Part shown: in pieces, positions 48,841-59,707 of the stretch
How positions within the stretch are numbered: the stretch's first letter is position 1
How the letters are laid out: the number at the start of each line of letters is the position of its first letter
Assembly: GCA_046483495.1 (NCBI GenBank)
Contig: JAWODC010000040.1
Location: 32,001-96,000, forward strand
DNA length: 64,000 nt
DNA from: Desulfobacterales bacterium
Lineage (GTDB): Bacteria > Desulfobacterota > Desulfobacteria > Desulfobacterales > UBA5616
Reading direction: 5' to 3'
Notes under the pieces: generated by a model
Told to the model about the DNA's origin: nothing
The model's input: only the letters and a program-made list of their open reading frames with translations
Database searches by the model: none
Position numbers and translations under genes: made by a program

Positions 48841-50301
48841 ATGACCGCCCGGCTGCCGGCGAAATTGACTGTAGTGTTGGTGTACGGCCGGCCCGTTCTG
48901 GTTTTCGGAGGAATGATATGCGCCCTCGCCGTCATGTGGGGCCGAAATGCCTCCGTGTATCTTTTCGGCGTTTCTTTTTTGCTGGTGTCCATGACCTTTG
49001 ACCTCATCGACGGCTGGTTTGCCGCCCGTTTCAGACCGCAGGCGCCGTTGGCGCCTTTAGCGGACCGGATCATGGACAAGCTCGTTTATTCGATTACTTT
49101 TCCGGTGGTTGCAGTGGGAATGATGTGGCGGCTTATTGATGCCCAGCCGTCCCGCATGCAATTGATGCACGCCCTTTTTGTCCTGATCGTGTGCGTTACG
49201 GTCCTCATCCGTGACAACTTCGCCGCTTTCATGCGAAGCTTCGGGCTTCGTCAGGGAAATGAACCGGAATCCATTGAATTTACACGTCTTCGAACAGTAG
49301 TGGCGGCGCCGGTCGGGGTGGTCCTCTACATGTATGCATTCTATGTACCGGGGGGTCCGCCCAACCCGATTTACCGCTTATTATCCCGAATAGCCGACCT
49401 GCCGTTGAGCAGCCTTTTTTTCATCGAGATCTTGTTTTTGATCATCAATTTCGGTTCCATAGCCGTTTACTGCCGCAAATACGGTGATGTGTGTCTCGAT
49501 GAACTGTGTTTCGGAGACCAGCTTCTCAGACGCAGAATTCTGTCGGTGCTGCCGAATGCACTGACGGTGATGAATGCCATCATGGGGTTGATCGGTGTTT
49601 TTTTTGCCTATCAAGGCCGATTTCGGGAAATGTACTTGATGGTGATCGGCGCGGCCACATTCGACAAACTTGACGGGGCCTTGGCGCGCCGGCTGGGGCT
49701 GACGCATCCGCTTCCGAATGCTCCCGAGAAAAAAAGGGTGAATCTCGGCAACCTGATGGATGATTTTGCCGATGCCGTCAGCTTTTGCATTGCACCGGCC
49801 TGGATTTTTTATATTGCCATGACCGACTTCGGCCATGAACGTACGATTGACGTGCCTGTCGAATGGGTCGCCGGTTTATATGCACTTGCAGGCATTGCCC
49901 GGCTGGTCTACTTTACCGTGGACAAAAACCCCATTCCCGGTTTTTTCAAGGGCATGCCCACCCCAGCGGCAGCACTGCTGGTGCTTTCGCCCATCGTAAT
50001 TTACGGCCAGGCTTTAATCAGCCATCCGGAAAGGGCCGAATTCTGGGGAGCGTTTTCCGCGTGGCTGATGCTGTTTTCCGTAATCCTCATGAACGTGTAT
50101 CCGGTTCGTTATATCCATGTGGGTCGGGCCATGAGCCGGAATCCATGGCTCACCCGTTTTATCGCCGTTGTCTTGATTTTCTCTGCGTTTACGCCGTTTC
50201 TGGGCCATGTCGGTCTGGCCTTTATGGCCGTGTATCTCCTGTCGCCGCCGGTCACGTGGAAAATTCATCCCGAAGACGCCGCCCGGGAAGTCCGCAGCTA
50301 G
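48841..50301 (+). CDS. tandem double CDP-alcohol phosphatidyltransferase
   Basis: DLIDGWFAAR...ADRIMDK and DKLDGALARR...GNLMDDFAD; FFKGMPTPAA; start uncertain. Confidence 0.85.
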   Translation: MTARLPAKLTVVLVYGRPVLVFGGMICALAVMWGRNASVYLFGVSFLLVSMTFDLIDGWFAARFRPQAPLAPLADRIMDKLVYSITFPVVAVGMMWRLIDAQPSRMQLMHALFVLIVCVTVLIRDNFAAFMRSFGLRQGNEPESIEFTRLRTVVAAPVGVVLYMYAFYVPGGPPNPIYRLLSRIADLPLSSLFFIEILFLIINFGSIAVYCRKYGDVCLDELCFGDQLLRRRILSVLPNALTVMNAIMGLIGVFFAYQGRFREMYLMVIGAATFDKLDGALARRLGLTHPLPNAPEKKRVNLGNLMDDFADAVSFCIAPAWIFYIAMTDFGHERTIDVPVEWVAGLYALAGIARLVYFTVDKNPIPGFFKGMPTPAAALLVLSPIVIYGQALISHPERAEFWGAFSAWLMLFSVILMNVYPVRYIHVGRAMSRNPWLTRFIAVVLIFSAFTPFLGHVGLAFMAVYLLSPPVTWKIHPEDAAREVRS

Positions 50302-50481
50302 TGTTTAAATCCTGATCACGAAAATACCGCCTCAGGCCTCTCATCTACCCTGTTTTGTATCCTCAAATGAATAGTTCAGCCCATGGATCGAATATGGAAG
50401 CTGAATCTATGATTGATGACAACACGATCCGCCGGGGCGGTGGATCGGCCCTTGATTTTTTTATTCGACAAGGAAGGAATA

Positions 50482-52527
50482 ATGAAAGACTTTCAAAGAG
50501 ATTTCGAAACACTGCGCAATAAAATGATTGAATATCACCTGAAGGCGAGGGGTGTGGACGATCCGGCCGTGTTAAACGCCATGAAGGAAGTTCCACGGGA
50601 AAAATTCGTTCCCGATCACCTGAGCGAATTTGCCTATGAGGATTCGCCCCTGCCCATCGGCGAAGGCCAGACGATTTCCCAGCCGTACATTGTCGCTGCC
50701 ATGACCCTGTATTTAGAGGTGGCCGAAAATGACCGGGTGCTGGAAATCGGTACGGGTTCCGGCTATGCCGCCGCCGTTTTGAGCCGTCTTGTAAAGCAGG
50801 TATTTACAATAGAGCGTCATGAGAGCCTTATAACGGCGGCAAAAGAGCGTTTTTCAGAATTGGGATTTGACAATGTCGAGGTGATCTATGGCGACGGGAC
50901 ACTCGGGCTGCCGGAAAAGGCACCGTTCGATGCCATTTTGGTGACGGCGGGCGCTCCCCATATTCCCGAGCCCCTCAAGCAGCAGCTTGCCGTAGGGGGA
51001 AGAATGGTGATTCCCGTCGGCGGAAGTTCACGCGCCCAGGAACTGATGCGTGTTCGGCGAAATTCGGAAGATGATTTCAGCCGGGAAGAGCTGGCTTCGG
51101 TGCGGTTCGTGCCGCTTGTCGGTCAGGCGGGATGGCAGGCGCCTGAATCTGTCGATCCGCCTGATCCTCAACCATCCGGTCGGCAAGGCCCTGTATTCTC
51201 CGATGCACGCGATTCCGGGGTGCGGTCCAAACCCTATTCAGAAATTATCGGCCGACATGCCGATATCGTATCGTCCATAGGAGAGACCGATCTGACGCCC
51301 CTGCTCGATCGGATCGGGGATTCCCGTATCGTTCTTCTGGGTGAAGCCACTCACGGATCGGCTGAATTCTACGATATGCGCGCCCGCATTACCCGTGAAT
51401 TGATTCAGCACAAACATTTCACACTGGTGGCCATCGAGGCGGATTGGCCGGATACTGCTCAAATCGACCGCTACATCAGCGGCAAGGTCGCCGAAACGCC
51501 GGTGGAAAAACCGTTCACCCGATTTCCAACATGGATGTGGGCCAATGTGCAGTTCGCCGACTTCGTGGAGTGGCTGCATCGGTACAACGAAGAAAACGGA
51601 TTCGGCCGGCAGGCCGTGAATCTTTACGGACTCGATCTTTACAGCATGTATACATCCATCGGCGAGGTTCTTCGGTTTTTGGATGCCAAAGATCCTCACA
51701 CCGCCGCGATAGCCCGGCAGCGCTACGGCTGCTTGACACCCTGGCAGAACGACCCGGCTGCTTACGGCGCCGCGGCTTTATCGGGAAATTTTGAAGCCTG
51801 TGAAGAAGAGGTCGTCAGTATGCTGCAGGAGATGCTGGAAAAAAGATCCCGATACGGTCCGGGGGATTACCACGGGTTCCTCGATGCCGTTCAGAACGCA
51901 CGGCTGATTGCCAATGCCGAGCGGTATTACCGTGCCATGTATTATGGCTCCCGGGATTCATGGAATCTCCGCGACCGGCACATGTTCGACACCCTGAGAC
52001 TGGTGCTGAACTTTCACGGCGAGAGGGCGAAGGCGGTGGTATGGGAACACAATTCACACATCGGCAATGCCGCGGCGACCGAAATGGGGGCGGGCGGAGA
52101 ATACAATGTGGGATCATTCTGCCGGGAAGAATACGGAAAAGAGGCCTATCTGGTCGGTTTTGGAACGGATCACGGCACAGTGGCGGCGGCATCGGAATGG
52201 GACCGGCCCATGGAGGTCAAGAACGTCCGTCCGGCCCGGGAGGACAGTTATGAACACGTATGCCATGAAAGCGGCATCAGCGCCTTTATCCTGCCGCTCA
52301 ATGGCCCGGACCGCAGGGATGTCCGCCGTGCGTTTATCGAGGAGAGGCTCGAAAGGGCCATCGGCGTCGTCTATTCACCCGAAACAGAGCTGCAAAGCCA
52401 CTATTTTCATGCCGTGCTGCCGAACCAGTTCGATGAGTTCGTCTGGTTCGACGAAACGCATGCCGTCACTCCATTGAGTGATGTTCGCGGGCGCGAGTTT
52501 CCGGCGACGTTCCCGTTCGGCGTTTGA
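50482..52527 (+). CDS. pcm: protein-L-isoaspartate O-methyltransferase fused to an erythromycin-esterase-like domain
   Basis: GQTISQP, LEIGTGSGY, APFDAI, VRFVPL; LLGEATHG, EADWP, WNLRD, HNSH. Confidence 0.92.
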   Translation: MKDFQRDFETLRNKMIEYHLKARGVDDPAVLNAMKEVPREKFVPDHLSEFAYEDSPLPIGEGQTISQPYIVAAMTLYLEVAENDRVLEIGTGSGYAAAVLSRLVKQVFTIERHESLITAAKERFSELGFDNVEVIYGDGTLGLPEKAPFDAILVTAGAPHIPEPLKQQLAVGGRMVIPVGGSSRAQELMRVRRNSEDDFSREELASVRFVPLVGQAGWQAPESVDPPDPQPSGRQGPVFSDARDSGVRSKPYSEIIGRHADIVSSIGETDLTPLLDRIGDSRIVLLGEATHGSAEFYDMRARITRELIQHKHFTLVAIEADWPDTAQIDRYISGKVAETPVEKPFTRFPTWMWANVQFADFVEWLHRYNEENGFGRQAVNLYGLDLYSMYTSIGEVLRFLDAKDPHTAAIARQRYGCLTPWQNDPAAYGAAALSGNFEACEEEVVSMLQEMLEKRSRYGPGDYHGFLDAVQNARLIANAERYYRAMYYGSRDSWNLRDRHMFDTLRLVLNFHGERAKAVVWEHNSHIGNAAATEMGAGGEYNVGSFCREEYGKEAYLVGFGTDHGTVAAASEWDRPMEVKNVRPAREDSYEHVCHESGISAFILPLNGPDRRDVRRAFIEERLERAIGVVYSPETELQSHYFHAVLPNQFDEFVWFDETHAVTPLSDVRGREFPATFPFGV

Positions 52528-52553
52528 GAAGACCGGTCCGACGGGTTGTGCTT

Positions 52554-53093
52554 TCAGGCTCCGGGCGGCTGTGAAGGAATTCCGAATATGGCGAACACCG
52601 CGGCGATAATGAGCACTTGAACAATCCATCCAATGACGCATACGCCCAGGGCTCTGAACGTGCTCTCGTAGTCCAGGGCCTGACGAACGGCGATCACCAT
52701 GGCAATCAGCATCCATATGCCGGCGGCGAAGAAAATAATGCCGGTGAGGCCGGGGATGATGCCGAGAATACGGATGATGCCCGGTGAGCTCGAGAAGCCG
52801 ATCGCGCGAAGCAGTTCGCTGTAGTCGGCTTTTGTTTGAGGCGTCGGCAGAATTTTGGTGCCGATGAAATAGGTTAGAAAAGCCCAGATGAACCATCCCA
52901 CCAGGGCGGCCAGCATCCCGAAAACCAGGCCGGTTCCGCCGCCTTGAGTCAGAGAGCCGATACCGGCAGCAAGACTGGAGAGCAGAACCACTCCCACTGC
53001 CTGACCCATGGCTGAACGATCTGCTTCAACCTCTTCGAACAATTGGGGATCCAATTTTGCCGCGCGCACCATGCGATTTACATAGGGATTCAT
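52554..53093 (-). CDS. YIP1-family membrane protein
   Basis: FEEVEAD, LLRAIGFSSSPG, IAVRQALD; about 5 TM segments. Confidence 0.8.
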   Translation of the reverse strand: MNPYVNRMVRAAKLDPQLFEEVEADRSAMGQAVGVVLLSSLAAGIGSLTQGGGTGLVFGMLAALVGWFIWAFLTYFIGTKILPTPQTKADYSELLRAIGFSSSPGIIRILGIIPGLTGIIFFAAGIWMLIAMVIAVRQALDYESTFRALGVCVIGWIVQVLIIAAVFAIFGIPSQPPGA

Positions 53094-53452
53094 CTGTTTT
53101 TTCCTTTTTTGTGGTGTAATGGTTGTATACCGGTATGCCTTTTTTGATTTGGCAATAAAACATACCATATCTGATGACGATTCAACTTTCAAGAGAACTT
53201 TCGGGGTTCATGACGGGTGCGATGAGCGAGACGGGATGGGGGCTTGCATAGGCGTTTCTCGATACCTGAATGCCGCAGCAGCCTTGGTATGCCCGGACAA
53301 AAAGGTCGACCTGAACAAGGTGGACCTTTCATCGAAAAAGGGATATGTTCGAGGTTCGAGGTCAACGGTAAAATGGCGGTGCGCCTTCGGCCGTCCGCCG
53401 TTTTTGCCTTAAACTCGAACTCGCCCCAACTATTCGGAAACAGTGGAGCCAT

Positions 53453-55561
53453 ATGATTATCCGCGAGGGGAAAAACTGCTGGTGCTGTCCGGAAGCTGAT
53501 CGTGTATCCTTCATTATCGACGGCGCCGATTTTTTTGAAACGTTTGTAACGGCGGTTCAGCAGGCGCGTCAAACCGTCTATATCGCCGGTTGGGACATCG
53601 ACAGCAGACTGGTGCTCGACCGGCGCAGAAGGTTTCCGGAAACGATACCGCCGCTTGGAGACTTTCTGAACCAAACGGCAAAAGCGAATAAATATTTAAA
53701 CATATACATCCTGGCCTGGGACTTCCCCATGATGTACTTGCGGGAGCGCCAATGGTGGCCCATTTTCAACCTGGGATGGAAAACCCATCGGCGTGTTCAT
53801 TTTTATCTGGACAGCGAACATCCGGTGGGGGGTTCCCAACACGAGAAAATCGTTGTCATTGACGACGCCGTCGCTTTTTGCGGCGGGTTGGATCTGACCC
53901 AGAATCGATGGGATACGAGTGAACACCGGCTGGAGGATCCCCGTAGAAAGAATACCGACGGAAAGGCGTTTGCCCCCTTTCATGATGTTCAGATGGGGGT
54001 GGTCGGCGAGGCCGCTGCGGTTTTGGGGAAGCGGTTTCGCGAACGTTGGCGTATCGCCACCGGGAATGTTTTGCCGGTGCCGGAAAAGGTGTCCGTTCCC
54101 AATCCGCCTTTTAAAGCGGATATCGCATCCGGCTGCCGGGCGGCGATTTCCCGTACATTGCCGGCCTATAAGAATCAGGAAGGTGTGCGGGAAATAGAAC
54201 AGCTGTATCTGGATGCCATAAGGTCTGCAAACGATTTCATATATATCGAAAACCAGTATCTTACGGTGAATGCCGTATGCAATGAACTCAAAAAGCGGCT
54301 GTCCCGGGATGATGCACCCGAAATAATATTGGTCATGCCGCAAAAGGCCAGCGGTTGGCTGGAACAGAGCACCATGGATGCCATTCGCCGGCACAGGCTT
54401 CAGGAAATAGCGAAACAGGACCGCAAAAAGCGGCTCGGCATATACTACCCGGTAATCGGAAACGGGCGGTCCTCGGTGTATATTCATTCAAAGGTGATGG
54501 TTGTCGATGATCGCATGGCCGTAGTCGGATCCGCCAATTTGAGCAGTCGTTCCATGGGATTGGATTCGGAATGTTGCCTGTCGGTGGAAGGTGAACCCGG
54601 AAGTGACATCGAGGCGTCTATTGCAGGTTTCCGCCGGCGCCTGATGGCGGAGCATATGGGGGTGGCGCCCGGGGAGATTGCCGCTGCCGAGCAGCGGTAC
54701 AACGCTTTAAGAGACGTCATTTATGAGCTGAAGCAAGAAGAGCGCCGGCTGCATCCGCTCGATGGAGATGCCGCTCCCATATTCGACGGCACGGAGATCG
54801 TATCGGACGAAACGTATTTGGATCCGGAAGAGCCTTTTATGCTGGACCGAATGATGGATATTTTTGCGCGGGAACCCGATTCGGGACAAGCCGGAATGGT
54901 ACAGTTAAAAAGGGTGGCGGTCATTCTGCTGGTGCTTGCCGGCTTTGCCGCTGCGTGGCGCTGGACCTCCTTGGACGAATGGCTGATGCGGGGTTCAGCA
55001 CCATGGGGCGGTTTCCCGAATGATTTTTTGCCGGTGTATTTAGGTGTCGTCGGGGGATACATCGCAGGCGGTCTCATTTTCATTCCGATAACCCTGATGA
55101 TCGGCGCAACGGCACTGGTGCTCCCCCCCTGGCAAACGATGATATGCGCGTTATCGGGTGCTGTATTCAATGCAGGTGCCGGATTTCTGGTCGGCCGGCG
55201 GTTGGGAAGGCGTACGATTCGGAAAATGACCGGTGACCGGATAGACGTCCTTTACCGTTTTTTCAGGCGCAGGGGAATACAGCCGGTCATCGTGTTGCGG
55301 AATTTGCCGTTGGCTCCGTTCACGGTCATCAATATGGTCGCAGGTACGACCGGTACCCGGCTTTCGGATTTTTTAATCGGAACCGCCCTTGGTATGCTGC
55401 CGGGCATTATCCTTATCACGGCATTTACAAATGCCGCTTCGGCGGCCGTAAGACAACCGAATCCGGTCAACTTCGCAGCCGTCGCCGCCGTATCGGGGGT
55501 TATGGGACTGGTGTACTGGTGGCTGAGAAAGCGGTTTGTCGTGCGAAAAGCTTCGGTGTAG
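53453..55561 (+). CDS. phospholipase D (two HKD motifs) fused to a VTT/DedA domain
   Basis: HEKIVVID, HSKVMVVD, GSAN; C-terminal TMs with PLAPFTVIN, GTALGMLPG. Confidence 0.92.
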   Translation: MIIREGKNCWCCPEADRVSFIIDGADFFETFVTAVQQARQTVYIAGWDIDSRLVLDRRRRFPETIPPLGDFLNQTAKANKYLNIYILAWDFPMMYLRERQWWPIFNLGWKTHRRVHFYLDSEHPVGGSQHEKIVVIDDAVAFCGGLDLTQNRWDTSEHRLEDPRRKNTDGKAFAPFHDVQMGVVGEAAAVLGKRFRERWRIATGNVLPVPEKVSVPNPPFKADIASGCRAAISRTLPAYKNQEGVREIEQLYLDAIRSANDFIYIENQYLTVNAVCNELKKRLSRDDAPEIILVMPQKASGWLEQSTMDAIRRHRLQEIAKQDRKKRLGIYYPVIGNGRSSVYIHSKVMVVDDRMAVVGSANLSSRSMGLDSECCLSVEGEPGSDIEASIAGFRRRLMAEHMGVAPGEIAAAEQRYNALRDVIYELKQEERRLHPLDGDAAPIFDGTEIVSDETYLDPEEPFMLDRMMDIFAREPDSGQAGMVQLKRVAVILLVLAGFAAAWRWTSLDEWLMRGSAPWGGFPNDFLPVYLGVVGGYIAGGLIFIPITLMIGATALVLPPWQTMICALSGAVFNAGAGFLVGRRLGRRTIRKMTGDRIDVLYRFFRRRGIQPVIVLRNLPLAPFTVINMVAGTTGTRLSDFLIGTALGMLPGIILITAFTNAASAAVRQPNPVNFAAVAAVSGVMGLVYWWLRKRFVVRKASV

Positions 55562-55566
55562 AAGAG

Positions 55567-56379
55567 TCATTTGCCTTTGAGTGCCGCTGAAATCCGTTCG
55601 GCCGTTTCCCGGTTTTCGGCAACGATCGTGAAAGCGGCATCGGCCGGCAGGGTCAACGGGTCTTCACCTTTCCACCAGCGTTCTCCGATGCGGACGACTC
55701 CCCCGGCTTCTGCTGTAATCAGAAATCCGACGGCCCGCCGGCGCTCCGGTCTTCCCAACGAAACGGCGGCCGCTGCATCCTCCGAGACCGGCGCCGTTGC
55801 ATCCACCGCCGAACATCTTGAAACGACAATTTCGAACCCGATATCCTGAAGAATCCGGCGACAGGTGCCGGGCACACGCGGTGTCACTCGAACCCGTTTG
55901 GGAACCGGGCCGATGCTGACGGGACCGTCGGTATCTCCGGTTCGTTGCCGTGCGCCGCCTTCCCGTATGGCCCAGTAGGTGGCTGCCATAGCCGGAAAAT
56001 GCACCAGAACCGCCCGGTACACCTCATGTTCGAGCCAGCCGGCCATAACGGCGTATTCGGATGAACCACGGCTGTAATTGAGCGTCCCGTCGATCGGATC
56101 CACCACGATCAGGGGTTTGCCCGGACCGCGGGTATTGAACAGGCCTACGGTATCTGTTTCTTCTTCCGCGTCAACGGCGGCATCGGGAAATGCGTGGTGC
56201 AAAAGGGTTAAAATGACATCCTGAGCGGCCAGATCAACCGCTGTCAGGGCTTCCGCCTCCGGGGATTTCTGGTTCTTTTTGGATCCCAGAGAGATGCCGT
56301 TTTGAAGATGTCGTGCCACAAATCCCGCTTGACGGGCGGCAAGGCCGAAAATCTCGATGAAATGATCCGGATTGGACAT
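55567..56379 (-). CDS. inositol monophosphatase family protein
   Basis: TAVD, AEE, VDPIDGTLNY, EAGG. Confidence 0.85.
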   Translation of the reverse strand: MSNPDHFIEIFGLAARQAGFVARHLQNGISLGSKKNQKSPEAEALTAVDLAAQDVILTLLHHAFPDAAVDAEEETDTVGLFNTRGPGKPLIVVDPIDGTLNYSRGSSEYAVMAGWLEHEVYRAVLVHFPAMAATYWAIREGGARQRTGDTDGPVSIGPVPKRVRVTPRVPGTCRRILQDIGFEIVVSRCSAVDATAPVSEDAAAAVSLGRPERRRAVGFLITAEAGGVVRIGERWWKGEDPLTLPADAAFTIVAENRETAERISAALKGK

Positions 56380-56431
56380 CGTGTAATTTCCTCCTTGAGA
56401 AAACGAAATCCGGCGTCCGGTGTTTGCCGAA

Positions 56432-57853
56432 TCAAGTCAGTTCGATAGCCTTTAACAGGTTCGTCGTGCCGGTTACACCGATGGGGAGGCCTGCTGTCAG
56501 GATAATTCGGTCTCCCCGATGGGCCATTTCGTTTTCAATGGCCCAGGATTTTGCCTTTTCTATCATTTCGTCGATATTCGTAAAGGTTACTTCTACCGAG
56601 GACACCCCCCACGATAAGGAAAGCTGGCGCTGTGTGGCCGGTTTGTCGGTAAATGCGATGACCGGTTGAGGAGGGCGGAACCGGGAAACGGTACGCGCCG
56701 TGCTGCCGGAAGCGGTGAATGCGATGATCGCATCCGCATTCAGATCATGGGCCAGCCATGCCGCGGAACGGCTGATCGCTGTTTGCAGGGGGGGAAGAAG
56801 ATCCGAAATGGGATCTTTCAGAAACCGTTCCACCTCCAGGTACGGTTCCGTTTCATGACAGATCCGGTCCAGGACGCGAACCGCTTCTAATGGGAAACGG
56901 CCGGTGGCGGTCTCTTCGGACAGCATGACGGCGTCGGTGCCGTCCAATACGGCGTTTGCCACATCCGTTGCCTCCGCCCGGGTCGGCCGTGGACTGTCAA
57001 CCATGGAACGGAGCATTTGGGTGGCGGTAATTACGGGTTTTCCCATGTTTCGTGCGGCACGGATCAGCCGTTTTTGGATCATCGGAACTTTGGCAAGAGG
57101 CATCTCCACCCCCAAATCCCCGCGAGCCACCATAATCCCACCCACGCGGTTCATAATGGCGTCAAACCGGTCAAGCGCCTGGGGCCTTTCGATTTTGGCG
57201 ATCAGCATGGGTCCCTGCTCCTGCCGGTTCAGAATTTCAAGGACGGGCTCGACATCATGCTCGTGACTGATAAATGAAAGTGCGACAAAATCGACGTTTT
57301 TTTTCAGCCCGAATTCAAGATCGTTACGGTCCTTTTCGGTGAACACCGAAACCTTCAGGGTGCTCGAGGGAAGGTTCACCCCCTTGCTTGAATGGACTTC
57401 TCCGCCGACCAGGACGCTGCAGACGAGACTGGATTGCCGGATTTCGCTGACTTGCAGCTCGACCGATCCATCGGCCAACAGAATGCGGTCGCCCGGTTTG
57501 ACATCATCGAGAAGGTGGGCATAGCCAATCGGCAAGGTGCCCGGGTCGGACGTTTCACCGGGTACAAGGTGAATGGTCTGATCCGTTGACAGTGTTATAC
57601 CGGTTTCGGGGAGCCGGCCCACCCGGATTTTAGGTCCCTGCAAGTCCTGTAGGATGCCGATTTCCTTTCCCGCATCTTCGGATGCACGCCGAAGGGCGCC
57701 TATCAGCCGGCTGTGCGATTCGTGGTTTCCATGTGAAAAATTAAGCCGAGCCACATCCATTCCCGCTTCGATCATGTTCCGCAGCATTGCAGGCGAGCCG
57801 GTGGCGGGGCCGATGGTGCAGACGATTTTCGTTTTTCGCTTTTCGCTGCGCAT
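56432..57853 (-). CDS. pyk: pyruvate kinase
   Basis: TKIVCTIGPA, RLNFSHG, DLQGPKIR, AKIE, MVARGDLG, ATQML. Confidence 0.97.
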   Translation of the reverse strand: MRSEKRKTKIVCTIGPATGSPAMLRNMIEAGMDVARLNFSHGNHESHSRLIGALRRASEDAGKEIGILQDLQGPKIRVGRLPETGITLSTDQTIHLVPGETSDPGTLPIGYAHLLDDVKPGDRILLADGSVELQVSEIRQSSLVCSVLVGGEVHSSKGVNLPSSTLKVSVFTEKDRNDLEFGLKKNVDFVALSFISHEHDVEPVLEILNRQEQGPMLIAKIERPQALDRFDAIMNRVGGIMVARGDLGVEMPLAKVPMIQKRLIRAARNMGKPVITATQMLRSMVDSPRPTRAEATDVANAVLDGTDAVMLSEETATGRFPLEAVRVLDRICHETEPYLEVERFLKDPISDLLPPLQTAISRSAAWLAHDLNADAIIAFTASGSTARTVSRFRPPQPVIAFTDKPATQRQLSLSWGVSSVEVTFTNIDEMIEKAKSWAIENEMAHRGDRIILTAGLPIGVTGTTNLLKAIELT

Positions 57854-57940
57854 AAAAAATCTTTATCTTATGCCTTAAACCGGACGTTTTGTCCCATTTA
57901 TAAAAGTCGAATAAATCGACGGATGACATGCTGCATTTTT

Positions 57941-58906
57941 TTACTGCAGTTTTTCCCGGGCAAATGCCGCTGCGCCGAGAACCCCCGAATTTTTGCCGAG
58001 TTTGGCCGGTGCAAACCGGACCGAGGCAAATGCAACGGCATAGGATCTCGCCTTCGCGGTTTTGATAGCGGGATCGAGAAGCATATCGCCCATATTGGAC
58101 AACCCCCCGCCGATCACGATCATCTCCGGATTGAACATATTCAGCAGATTGGCCAATCCCACGCCGAAGTAATAGCCGGTCGTCTCGATCAGCTCCATGG
58201 CAAGACCGTCGCCTTCGAGCGCCGCCTGGTAAATGCTTTTGGCGTCGATTTCATCGTGATTTACGACATATCGGGGAATGGTTGTCCGGGTGCCTTCCCG
58301 GATTCTGCGCCGTGCTTCCCTTTCCAGGGCGGTACCCGAGGCCAGTGCCTCCCAACACCCGAAATTCCCGCAGTTGCACAGTGGCCCTTCATCATTGATT
58401 GTCATATGGCCCAGTTCCGCGGCCGTGCCGATAGCGCCGGTGTAAAGATTTCCGTCGATAATGATGCCTCCGCCGATTCCGGTGCTGATGGTTATGTAAA
58501 TGACGTGGCGCAATCCCGTTGCAGCGCCGTAGCGGTGCTCGGCCAGAGCGGCGGCATTGGCGTCATTGATTAAAAAAACCCGTTTGTTGAATTTGTTTTC
58601 AAAGGTTTCTGTTACAGCGATATTTTGCCAGCCGGGCAAATTGGGGGAGGTGAACAGGATGCCTTTCTCCGGGTTTGACGGTCCGGGAGCGCCTATCCCG
58701 ACAGCGTCAATGTCTTCAAGCCCGACACGCGCCCCATCCATGGCCCGCCCGGCGGAGGCCGTCATCGCCGAAATAACGGCCTCGGGGCCTTTTTCAGCCG
58801 GTGTTTCGCTGTTGTCCCAGGCAAGAATTTTTCCTTGTGCGTCGACCACGGCTGTCAGAATTTTGGTGCCGCCGAGGTCGATCCCGAGCGTCAAGGAATT
58901 CGACAT
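57941..58906 (-). CDS. glk: ROK-family sugar kinase (glucokinase)
   Basis: GIDLGGT, NDANAAALAE, STGIGGG, ELGH, CNCGNFGCWE. Confidence 0.9.
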   Translation of the reverse strand: MSNSLTLGIDLGGTKILTAVVDAQGKILAWDNSETPAEKGPEAVISAMTASAGRAMDGARVGLEDIDAVGIGAPGPSNPEKGILFTSPNLPGWQNIAVTETFENKFNKRVFLINDANAAALAEHRYGAATGLRHVIYITISTGIGGGIIIDGNLYTGAIGTAAELGHMTINDEGPLCNCGNFGCWEALASGTALEREARRRIREGTRTTIPRYVVNHDEIDAKSIYQAALEGDGLAMELIETTGYYFGVGLANLLNMFNPEMIVIGGGLSNMGDMLLDPAIKTAKARSYAVAFASVRFAPAKLGKNSGVLGAAAFAREKLQ

Positions 58907-59206
58907 ATGCTTTCCTTTTTTTGAAAAGGTTCATATCGTTTTCCGCCGCAGAAGCAGTGGCGGCGCAGCTCTTTTCGAAAATTCCGCCGGTTGCCGTTTC
59001 ACCTGCGATTACAGCGTCGTAACGATTATCAGTATGAAATGTTATGCACCATTCACCTATAGGGGATTGTATTTATTCCGGGAGGATGCCGGCGGTAATT
59101 ACGGAAGGAAAAATACCGGCAGCCGAAAAGAGCGGTTGCGTTTCGGTTGCCGGATAGGCGCCGAGTATCTGAAAAAGGCGGTTTGTCTGCACACATTGTG
59201 CCCGTA

Positions 59207-59707
59207 TTAATGGACGATTCGGGTGGTTCCGTAATCACTTTTTAAAACGGTGACCCTGTCGCCGACATTGAAGGTTTCATCGGCTTCCTGAACAACCGCT
59301 ATGGTTTGGCCGCTGTCGAGATTGACGGTGATTTCCAGTCCGGATTTTCGTGTCACCCCTTCTTCAACCGCGGAACCGGCTATGCCGCCTGCAATGGCGC
59401 CGAGAACCGTCATCAGGTCTCTTCCTTTGCCGCTGCCGATGGCGCTGCCTGCAACGCCGCCTAAAGCGCCTCCGGCGATAGTGCCTGCCGGTGTTTTGGT
59501 GCCTTCGATCAGGACGGGGCGGACCTGGGTCACGACACCCTGGGAAACCGTCTGCGTTCGTCGGGCCTCGTCCCGGGAATAGATATGGGCGGAACGGCTC
59601 GATGCACACGATGCTGCAAAGGCGGCAAGCGCCAGCATGGCGATGATAAACATGCAGGTCCGGCCATGCCCTCGGTTGGTGCGATGAATATCATACATCA
59701 TAATCAT
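59207..59707 (-). CDS. SlyB-like outer membrane lipoprotein (glycine zipper 2TM)
   Basis: Lipobox AASC, GTIAGGALGGVAGSAIGSG, GLEITV, VVQ; start uncertain. Confidence 0.88.
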   Translation of the reverse strand: MIMMYDIHRTNRGHGRTCMFIIAMLALAAFAASCASSRSAHIYSRDEARRTQTVSQGVVTQVRPVLIEGTKTPAGTIAGGALGGVAGSAIGSGKGRDLMTVLGAIAGGIAGSAVEEGVTRKSGLEITVNLDSGQTIAVVQEADETFNVGDRVTVLKSDYGTTRIVH

